From Dudresnaya verticillata (Eukaryota), in contig OZ374559.1 of NCBI GenBank assembly GCA_977862235.1, positions 2,356,001 through 2,420,000 on the forward strand: 64,000 nucleotides of DNA, read 5' to 3'. The first letter of the stretch is position 1. Each line of letters starts with the position of its first letter. Made by a program: the position numbers and the translations under genes. Of the stretch, positions 23,394 through 33,268 are shown piece after piece. The notes beneath the pieces were generated by a model. The model saw only the letters and a program-made list of their open reading frames with translations, was not told the DNA's origin and ran no database searches.

Positions 23394-24157
23394 TGTGGTG
23401 CAACGGCAAGGGGGCCGCCGAAAGGAAGCAAATCGACGGGCCAACTGTACGATCGGCCCAACCAAACGAAGACAGCTGGCCAATGAAGTCGCGCCGTCGG
23501 CGCGCGGACGGCGGTGAGCGCGCGCAGGTATGATACGTGGCCACCAGCTGTACACGTGGCTCACACGTGGCCACCTACGACACTGAAGCGCACCACGTGT
23601 CCTGCTGTACACGTATGATCCGGTTCTCGGTCAGACGCAAATGGAAATTGGATTTGGCCGCAAGGTGAATCAAAGGGAAGACAGTGGAAAAATCAAGGGA
23701 AAATCTAACTCATTTGGCCAACCACTAACGAACAAGTACTTGGTTTAGTCTGGTAAGGGTACAACATTGGCCCGACGCCGGAACACAAGTAGATATTTAT
23801 GGCCGACCTGAGTAACCTCGGCCACTAACTGTAGAATAGCTCTAGATTAGCTCAGATGGCCGATTTTGAGCCTACTTAGCTGGCCACACACTACGGCTAA
23901 GCCGAAAAAGGTACGAAGCCGTCCCGCCAGAGGTTGGGAGTACAGTTTTGCAACCTTTTCCCAACTTGGCCATTCTCCGTCCTCATCACGGATTCTGGCC
24001 ACGACTTCGTCTGCGCGCTCCCGCTCTACCACGCTTGCTACCGGCGCGCAGGTCCGTTCTACTTTCTGGCCAGTTTTGGTTGAATCCGACAGGTCTTTGT
24101 GGTCTTCTTGGGGTCTCGTTGGGCTGCCGTACGCGGCGGTGCCTCAGAGATACTACA
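23394..24157 (+). repeat. G1 3' LTR (PPT GAAGGGGG just upstream)
   Basis: Direct repeat of 10838-11601. Confidence 0.97.
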
Positions 24158-25104
24158 ATTAGGACACCCTCTGAAAGTGCTGCACCATGAGGCGATATTC
24201 TCAGATCACGCTGCAATAGTACCAGACTTTCCTGAGACGATCTTCTCATAGTGAGACACTTCGAACTATGTCACTCCCACCTCGTGAAGATTTTCTAAAG
24301 TGCATGAGCTGCTCCTCAGTCATTCCAACAGTTTGTTTGCCTCAACAAGCTTGTCATTGAGATAACAAGCTTGCAGCTTTATACATGAGCAGTCTGTACG
24401 AGTTTGTCGTTTTGTTGCATATCTACTCACTTTTACGACCGCTATGACTACGCCCTTGGATTAATGGAGGGTAGCTCGTAAGCCTTGCCTGATGCTCTCC
24501 ATACTGCTTCAACTTTAATTGACAGCGCAAACTCGATACCCATTATTGTTATTCGCAGGCCTAAACCTGAAGTGTCAATAGTCATTTCTTTGTCTCCCTC
24601 GTTCATTTCCAGGCCTGCGCAAGTGGAAGGAAATGGACAAAGGAAACCGCACTGTTCTGTTATACTTCAAATCTTATCCGCGAAGGGGCTACAAGGCACA
24701 AGGATCAGCAAGGCAGTCGATCAGATGATGGAACCTCCTTGAGGGACTGCAGGTTATTCTTAGAGCAAAGTGTTGTACTACATAACTCATTCAATAATAC
24801 TAATAATTGCTTGTGAGAATACAAATGTTGCACTTGTACTCGCGGCCACGATGACAACCAGGAAGGTCTACGGTACAACAGGCGAGATAAAGTAGAGGTT
24901 GTCATTCCCATTCCTCCTCTGCACACGGCTTGATCCTCTTGTTTAGAGGATGGACTGGAAAGTGGATAAACTGCGAGTAGAATTATTAGGGACTGATCTG
25001 ATAGGGTTCCTTGGAAGTGAAACAATTTTCGCTTCTCAAATTCGCTTGTCCGCAGGGCTTTGAACGAAGAGGCTCAAGAGTGTCTTTACGCATGACACCA
25101 GTGA

Positions 25105-25810
25105 ACACCCATTTAAGCCATTCCAGAATCTGACTTTGAAAACAGACTGGAGTCGAATAGCTATTTTATGGTATCGTTGGAAAGGGGAGCGTGCCCTAGG
25201 TACGATGGTGAAATCCGATTGCCCAACGGACCATTTGTCCCAAAGTTATAGCGGTTTGCGTGATTTTACACAAAATAATTCTAGGTTTTCCCAAATTTAA
25301 TTTCTTTGCGTCGATTTGGCCCGCCCGGGCCACTCCGTGGTCCACACTGGGCCAAATTGGTCCGTCCGGTCCCACCTGCCCCATGCGCTCGCCCCCCACA
25401 CCCCGATGCCACGGCACGCCCCCCATGGCACACAATGCCCCGATTGTACCGTGCCGCCCCGCGCAAATCCACGCAGATGCAAATCCACGCAGATGCGTGC
25501 TCGACCCTGGTTCCGCAGCCCCTACTCTGCCGCGCCACGCTTTCTCACCGCACCTGCTGTACTGTCCTGTGCGCGCCCGTACGGGAACGCATACAGATCA
25601 CCGTCACCGCGTTCTCAAGCGGTGCAGATGTGCGCCTGAACCAACAACTGCCTCCAAATCTAGCTCAGTACCTGCGCGACTACTGCTGCAGCTTCAGTGA
25701 TTTTCACGGCCTAGGAGTCGGCATTAGCGCAACGGTAGTGCGAAGTGTGGTTTCCTTGACAAGCCCACAGCGAAGAAAGGCGGTGAAGGGCTAATGGGCA
25801 CGACTGCACA
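25105..25810 (+). repeat. Left TIR (close match to ~25597, weaker to ~25810)
   Basis: Reverse complement of 31475-32263; the first ~85 bp match perfectly. Confidence 0.9.
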
Positions 25811-26406
25811 GACATGATGACAACTTCAGGTCGTCTTGTGCCCTCGTTCCACGCACCCAAGGCGCTCGCAGCATGGACATGTCGTGATGCTCTGGGTCTA
25901 CCTCGCATACCGTGTCCTGAAAAACGCCGTTACATTTCATAGCGCCCTTAGCAAACGAAGCCCGCGTCTGCAACAGGATGTGAGTTGAAAATGGTTGGGT
26001 ATCGGACTAATTACACGCAAACGACTGTGTTGGCTGCACTACCGTGGGTTTAGTGGTTGTATTTCAAACCGTGTCCAAACCGTCACGGCCCTGCTCTCCA
26101 GACGCGCGCGCCAGGGTTGAGAACATTCTGCTTGGTCAATACCCGCTGCGTGTACAATCGACGGTGCTCGGTGTGCAGAACGTGCTGGTGAATGGGGCGT
26201 GCTTGCGAACTTGGTCTCATTTGCTAGCCTTTTTGAAATTGCTTCGTGAGCTGCAATTGTGCTTTACCCTTTTCCATCCAGGACTCACTCACGCCTCTGA
26301 ATCAGGACCTACTGCCGTCCACTTGCAACTGCTACTGTGGCCAACTTGGGATGCTTGAAGCCGGATACCTCCGACAAGAGTCAATTTTTATTCGGATTGT
26401 CTTGCG

Positions 26407-26622
26407 CAGACGGTAGCTGGATTGGCCTCAAAACACCACCGGCCAGTGACTTCAAATGGTTACATTAAAAACAATTGAATTCGGACAGTATTCAGTTTGC
26501 GTTTGACAGGGAACAGACGGTACCTGGATTGGCCTCAAAACACCACCGGCCAGTGACTTCAAATGGTTACATTAAAAACAATTGCATTCGGACAGTATTC
26601 AGTTTAAGTTTGACAGGGAACA
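26407..26622. repeat. 107-bp tandem duplication
   Basis: CAGACGGTA.CTGGATTGGCCTCAAAACACC... starts at 26407 and at 26514. Confidence 0.9.
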
Positions 26623-27242
26623 AAGCATTACGGCGATCCCGCACACTCCCATTCAGAATCCTCAGAAGAACAGCAAATTGTGAGACAGGATCTAACTTAT
26701 ACTAAGAACAGCTTCGTAGCGGTTCTGGGAGATGACTGTACTGAAAATTGTCCCTTCTGGCTTGGCCAAATCATGGACTGGAATTTTAACCAACGTGGAG
26801 GATAACAACTCTGGAGGTGGAGTGGTACGAGAGGAGTACGGGCAGAGGCAATACGTTTACAGGGAGGTACAAAAGAGCAAAAGTCACCAAAGGTGTCGAC
26901 CAAACCATTCCATGGAGAGATAAAGTCCCTCAAAACTCCGTACAGGTCGAGTTCGCTCGTTTAACAAATGGTGGGATCCCGGTGACTGCGCAACGGAAAA
27001 TTAGGGAAGCCCTGGACATGCGATCGGAAAATATCGCGTAGGGACCACAAAGCCTTACGAGCGGGTATCGGTTGCTCGAAATGATGCCATGGGACGATTG
27101 ATAGTGAATACATATGTTTAGGAGTTGAGTTTGAGCCTCACGTAGTAGCGCCCAGGAGTCTGAGACCGGTTCGTGCGCTGCTATAGATACGAAGTGACAT
27201 GCAAGAACTCGCATCCTGCCCTCACCGTGAGACACCCCATCC

Positions 27243-27845
27243 TGATGAAAACCTTTACGTCCTGTCCAACATTCGCGACAATTTGGTCATTAGCAAGAAT
27301 AGAACAAACAGCAGTGGTTTGGGCCCTTGCCGTTGAAGAGCAGGTCCAAGCAAACATGAGCCCCGAGTAGTCTGACGAGTAGACCTTATCTGCCACGTCG
27401 GCAATGCCGACACTCTGCTTTGCGTGGCCGCGTATGACGGTCTTGCGCTTTCCATCGGCTCCAGTGATAAATATCTCAGAATGCAGCGAGCCGAACACTA
27501 CTTCGCCAGTGTTGCCGGCAATGGTGCAGCCCACCTGCATGTCCATGACATTAGAGCCGAAGGTGACAGTGGATAGGCACTCGCCGTCTGGAATGCTTCA
27601 CATGCGGGTAGTTTTGTCATTCGACGAGTACAGCAGTTTGGAGCCGTCATCCGCCCAACACAGGCCAGTGACAGACGCAGTGTGCCGCTTGAAAGTGGCG
27701 ATAACGTCCGCCTCGGCGACGTCGACAATGCTAATGGACCTATCCGAGGACGCAATGGCGAGCTTGGAGCTGCCCGGGGAGAAGCAGACATAGTTGATAA
27801 AGCTAGTGTGATGCTTCAAGGGCTTGGGTGAGTCAATCTCCTGAA
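27243..27845 (-). pseudogene. Captured internal fragment of a WD40 actin-interacting protein 1 (AIP1/WDR1-like)
   Basis: HTSFINYVCFSPGSSKL, HTASVTGLCWADDGSKLLYSSNDKTTRM*, DMQVGC, GHAK..SSDYSGLMFAW occur in the same order as in AIP1; one in-frame TGA at a Trp position. Confidence 0.75.
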
Positions 27846-29031
27846 CGGGGGAACGGGGGGTTGCGGCGGCGGAGAGGCCTCTCCCTTTGCACGTCCCGGG
27901 ACGTGCAAAGCAAGAGATGGTAGTACGAAGAGGTGGGCCAGGCCCTGTGTAACACATTGAGATCAGTAGCAAACCAGGACGCAGATCTGGAAAAGCTATA
28001 AACGAATATAGATATCGGCCAATAGATGTTGAGATGCGCCAAATGAAACATCTATTTTCATAGGTTTTTGATTTGCGACTCCGCCGGAGCTACATAGCTC
28101 CCCATTTAGTCAGAATGAAGAACCTAAAAAAGTAGATATTTGCCTGGAGGTAATCTCGTTAGCTACATAGCTATTCAGGAAGCGGAATCGTGAAACCTAA
28201 GAAAATAGCTTTTCGATCTGGGCGTCGCCGAGGAGCTATAATAAATATCCATATTCGTCGATAGCTCCCACGCACGAGAAACGAATTAGCTACTGCCTCA
28301 CAGAAGTACTCGACGCGGCTCTCTGCTCCACCACCACCGCTGCATGCGGGTTGGACACCCTGATTCCTGTACTATTCCTCACACTATTCCTCGCCTTCAT
28401 GCTGTTCGGGCCGGTCTACATGCTTCAACATCTTCACCTCGTTCGGCCCGGCCATCGCCGCCTCGGAGCCGCTTGCCGACGCGGCCGCAGTCCCGCTGGA
28501 AGCGCTCCGCCGCGACTTGGTCGCGCTGCTCGGCTTGCTGGATGAGCCGATCGGCGACCTTCACACTACCCTCGTGCAGCGCCTCGAGGCTGCTGCTAGG
28601 ACGTCTGCGCTGCGCACAATGCTCGACGCGAATGAACTGCTCCGGAATGCGAGCGACTGCTCAAGGAGTACTCCGAGTTTGCTTCCACGCCGTCCGCGGT
28701 GGGGCTGATGTTCGTCGAGCGAATTGCTGGTTAAAGTTCCCAACTGTCGTTCAGGCTAAGCAGACCTATCGATGGCGCGTTTTTCAAGAATCTCTCTCCG
28801 TTCAGTGATACCAGACTGCGGATGACGCCGATGCTCGCAGTCGCGGGGAGAAGCATTAATAATGGAAACCTCAAGGCAAGACGAAAGGCCGCAGCAAGCG
28901 ACTCTGCCACCGCGGATTATGCCAAGACTACTGCGAGTATTTCCGCTACTGCTGCCGATGCTATGCAAGCTACAGAGGGTGAGGGGTTGCATCCCACGGG
29001 CCCAGTCTCGGCAACGGTCCAAGGTGCAACC

Positions 29032-29740
29032 ATGCCCGGCACAATTGTCCTCGAGTATTTTCGCCAGATAGAGAGCGAAAACCTAGCGTGGATGCGCGAG
29101 CCATCTCGTCTGCTTCCTGACTTTAAGGTCGGGTAATGGCGCGCTGGCAAGACCGTAATTGATCCAAACGAAGAGCTGTGGCGCCAAGTCCAGTATCTTG
29201 TAATCTGGCACATGCCAGTACCTCAAATGTTGAGCCTACCCAACCAACACGCCATTCACCTTGTAGGAAGCAGAGCCGCCCACCCTGCTCTGCATGAAAT
29301 CCCGGAGCACATAACTATTGTTCGCCTGGTAGATCCCGATGTTGCTATAGACATGGCAGCCTATGTCATGCACTGGGTTATTCAACTTCAAATCGGCTTG
29401 GGATAATACCTCAAGTTCCAGCAAGAAAAGCGATGGCAGAAACTAGCGTTCATCCCTCGGTACAGGTTCGCAGTTGGCGGCATGGGCTCTGACACCGTCG
29501 GCTCTACCGTCGGCAAGGCCGCAGCGGCCATGGGATATCCAGTATCCGCTTGGAGTCGGAACGGCGTCGCAACAGAAGGTGTGCAAGCCTTCGCTGAGTA
29601 GCAGGTGGACGACTTTCTGAGCTGCGTCAACGCGCTTGTTAACGTGCTCATGTTGAGGCCAGAGACCGAGAATATGCTCGATACAAGTGGCTACTATTGA
29701 GCGGATGGAGCGTGGTGAGCCTGCCTTTCCCCTGGTCGAC
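29032..29740 (+). pseudogene. Captured GhrA-like D-2-hydroxyacid dehydrogenase (stops, internal deletion)
   Basis: YLVIW..LPN..IVRLVDP..MAAYV..QQEKRW..VGGMG..GYPVSAWSR..FL..LVNVL..PETENMLD, then a jump to the C-terminal TIERMERGEP..LVD. Confidence 0.78.
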
Positions 29741-29743
29741 GGT

Positions 29744-29902
29744 GTGTCGGTCGGTCTGGACTCGCTTGTTAATGGAGAGGGGCAGATTCTCGCAGAGGTC
29801 GAGAAGTGATACGAAATGGCGGGCGACAAAGAAACCCATGCGGGTAATATTCTCTCCCGTCTGCTCAATGTGGATGTCTCAGTGGGTAAGCGTGTGCGCT
29901 CG
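29744..29902 (+). pseudogene. hemA: Captured glutamyl-tRNA reductase (HemA) fragment
   Basis: VSVGLDSLVNGEGQILAEVEK*YE..GNILSRLLN..VSVGKRVRS matches the GLDSLVLGEGQIL..GKRVR signature. Confidence 0.8.
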
Positions 29903-30394
29903 AGCGGATCCGAAAACGGCATTACGAAGGTTGTCATCGCAACAGGTATGGACAATCAAATCAGATCGTTTACAACAATTGCACGAAGCCTATTCCGAGA
30001 GTGGGTCTTCTACATCGCGTTCTACTTCCTCCCTAAGTGCACGTACAGAACGATGCAAGTCCTGTACATTTCGCCGAGCATGACGAAGCGCACTTATTAT
30101 CCTTCTTCCGAATTCTTGAATGAGGTAGCGAACGAAATTGGATTCGCTTTGAACTTCGTCGCGAGATCGAAGTAAGATATATCCCCTCATTGGTGTCTAT
30201 TGAAATGCATGCCGTACGAACACACGTGGACCGTCAAAGAATTCCTCGGCTCGAGCCGAGATTGTGAAGAGAGGCTTGTCTATTTTCATTACTGCGTACT
30301 TCACCCCTTACCACCCTAGTAGATCCCCTCGCAGCTAACGCCAAGCTCACATCAGAGCAAGCAGAGCTTTCACATCATCGGGTCTATCACAAAA

Positions 30395-30928
30395 ATGTTT
30401 TCGGGCCTTGGTGCAGTTCCCGAGGACATGCAATCTGCTTTTGGAAAGTTTCACAAGCACGTCAGAGCGCAGCTGAAATGCAGACTAAACAATCGCTCGA
30501 GGAGGCTTCGGATTGAGTATTTGCAGTTTCCACGGCGGGTAATGGACGCTTTGGAAGTCCGTGAGAGCGAAACACTCATGAATGGAAGTCGAAATAGCGA
30601 GTTGAACCATATTCTATCGCAACACGAGCATGACTGCAAGATGCTGGATGCCGTGTACAGGACCGGGGTGAAGAAGTTGGAGTACGTTTGTGATGACGGT
30701 TTCTATGGTGCAACAGCTCACGACATAGATTCTGTGCTACTCGAGGCAACTAGGACGGCAAGCGCGCCCGTTCGCGACCTGGAGAGAATGTGCCGTTTAT
30801 TAGTGACATGGCATTATGCCAAGGAAAATATGGAAGGTTCGGAGGAGGTCAGGAGGGCGAGGGCCGAGCAAGCTAAACATAACATCAGCGTCTTTTATGC
30901 CACGGCTTTCTTTGATGAGTCAGGATAA
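30395..30928 (+). CDS. Unknown ORF (177 aa) inside the TIR element; possibly another captured fragment
   Basis: ATG start and protein-like composition; no recognised motif. Confidence 0.35.
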   Translation: MFSGLGAVPEDMQSAFGKFHKHVRAQLKCRLNNRSRRLRIEYLQFPRRVMDALEVRESETLMNGSRNSELNHILSQHEHDCKMLDAVYRTGVKKLEYVCDDGFYGATAHDIDSVLLEATRTASAPVRDLERMCRLLVTWHYAKENMEGSEEVRRARAEQAKHNISVFYATAFFDESG

Positions 30929-31474
30929 ATCTGAAACGATAGACATTGGGCAGGTGCATTTTGTTACACTTTGTGCAGCCAAAGTGGCTGTCTTCGATGT
31001 ACACATGCTGGTATTTTCTATACTCAGTGCAGACAATGTATCTGTGTTGAGGTCTATATGAAGAACACCGCGGACCCCAACGGTGATGCACGGTGACAAA
31101 AAGTTACCTTCCGACACAGCTCCCGAAAGGCTTGTAGAAGAACTCAGGGAGCTCCGCGCTGAAATCATCGAGGCGCGCGGAGTTGCCCTGGCTGAGCTGG
31201 ATACCACTTTTTGGCTCCGGGACCAGCTCATGGGATGGGCACGTGAAATGATCGCGAGAGCTGGGCAGGTTGGGAAGGGGGTGATGAGGGGAGCACGGGA
31301 TGTGTTAGGGATGCTGGGCTGGACGGTCCCGTTGAATTGGACCGTAGAAGATCCTGAATCAGAGGCGTGAGTGGGTTTGGATGTAAAGGGTATTAAACGA
31401 AACCTTCCTTGTGGTGTTGAATCCGTGCATGCACTAGTCGCATATGGTGGGAGCATGACTCATTTTAGCAGTAG

Positions 31475-32263
31475 AGTACAGTCGTGCCCACAAGCCCTTC
31501 ACCGCCTTTCCCCGCCGTGAGCTTACCGAGTTAACAAAATTTCGCACTGCCGTCTTGTCTGACGCCGACTGCTAGGCCCTACAACCCGCCTTCGCTCACG
31601 GCACCACACGTGGCTTGTCACGCGTTCCGCCCCCTGTCGCTGCGACGTCAAAATTCAGCAGTGGCATGGGAAGTGGGGTCGGTAGCGAGGATCTGAGTGT
31701 GCACGCTGGTGGGCACCCGCGGTAGTAGGGCTGTCCCTGGTCATGAGCCTCGCGCGGCGGGTGCGGGAAACGGGCGACGAGGCAGTCTGTATGCGTTCCC
31801 GTACGGACGCGCACAGGACAGTACAGTAGGTGCGGTGAGAAGGCGTGGCGCGGCAGAGTAGGGGCTCCGGAAACAGGGCCGCGCACGCATCTGCGGTGCG
31901 GTGTGCGGGGGGGGCACGGTACAACCGGGGCATTGTGTGCCATGGGGGGGCGTGCCGTGGCATCGGGGTGTGGGGGGCGAGCGCATGGGGCAGGTGGGAC
32001 CGGGTGGACCAATTTGGCCCAGTGTGGACCACGGAGTGGCCCGGCCGGGCCAAATCGATGCAAAGAATTTAAATTTCGAAAACCTTGAATTATTTTGTGT
32101 CAAATCACGCAAACCGCCATAACTTTGGAACAAATGGTCCGTTGGCCAATCGGATTTCACCATCGTACTCAGGGCAGGCTCCCCTTTCCAACGATACCAT
32201 AAAATAGCTATTCGACTCCAGTCTGTTTTCAAAGTCAGATTCTGGAATGGCTTAAATGGGTGT
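31475..32263 (-). repeat. Right TIR
   Basis: Reverse complement of 25105-25810, with a divergent block ~31580-31785. Confidence 0.9.
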
Positions 32264-32637
32264 CAGTGCCTAAACCGCCATTGAAGCCGCATTCAAACCC
32301 TGTTCGCTTCCAAACCATGTGTTAACATAAACAGGCTGTACGGCCGTACCAGCTCCACAGCCATCTCCCGTTTCCCCCAACCCTTCTATTTCTCTTTCCA
32401 CTCTACTCTCAAAGTCCCGGTCGAGTTCGAATCAAGAAGATAAAGCAGGTCAGGCAAGTGGTACTGGTAAATGTGTTGGAATAGAATAGAAGCAAGCAAG
32501 CGTTACCATTATTTTAATCTATGGATCGATCGTAGGAAGGGAAGTAAATGCCCAATCGCCACTAAACACCAAAAATAGCAGCAAGAAGAACGAGCCGGAA
32601 CTGCAGTTCCGGTATTTTTTGATAGGGCGGTAGGTAC

Positions 32638-33230
32638 TGTGACAAGTGGGCACGTCCGTGTCCGAAACAGTCTCGCGTACGCGAAGACGAAAAGATAAAG
32701 TGAAGGATAGAGGCGGAAAGAGGAAGGCGAGTAGATGGGTATGCCGCGCTGGTCGGGTCCGATGCAGTGGTTGCATGCCCTCGCCGTCGTTCGACACCAG
32801 CGGGTTGCCTTTATTGATACTACAGCTGGACAGCTCTGTGCGACCCACAGTAAATGTGACTTGCGTACGCAAGCTCCGTTCCGAACAGCCATGGACGAGT
32901 GCCGCCACCGGCACCAGCCATCCCGACGTCGCCGGTGATGGACAGAAAGTCGCCCAGGTCCTCGCCTTAGTCGTAGGACCTGGCAGCAGGCCAATCATGT
33001 AGAAGGCATGGCAGCCCGGCGCATGTGCGCTGGGTCTGCATTGTGAGCGTACGCTACAGTAGAGCGCATCTCTCGGAGCATCAGAACGGCGAGTCGGCTG
33101 AGTACTCAGCAGGCGTCCGTACTCTGTACAGAGCTCACCTCACGACGCCACAGCGGGTCGGGCGTTGTGCACAGGCGTCGGGGCTATTAGCCTGCGGGCG
33201 CTTCCTCGTGTTGAGCGCCCAGGGGTTACA
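32638..33230 (-). repeat. G2 3' LTR
   Basis: Direct repeat of 51420-52012; ~13 mismatches by eye. Confidence 0.95.
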
Positions 33231-33268
33231 GTGCCCCAGAGCTCCTGTACAGGAGTAACAGTGAGCTT

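Larger units (their letters stand above)
10838..24157 (+). mobile_element. G1: full-length 13.3-kb Gypsy chromovirus with an antisense accessory ORF
   Basis: 764-bp TG..CA LTRs; 5-bp TSD ATTAG (10833-10837, 24158-24162); empty site at 4003-4007; PBS, PPT and gag-PR-RT-RH-IN-chromodomain. Confidence 0.97.
25104..32263. mobile_element. Non-autonomous long-TIR DNA transposon carrying host gene fragments (Pack-type)
   Basis: Inverted termini ACACCCATTTAAGCCATTCCAGAATC...; CAGTG duplicated at 25099-25103 and 32264-32268; empty sites at ~4947 and ~56857. Confidence 0.92.
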
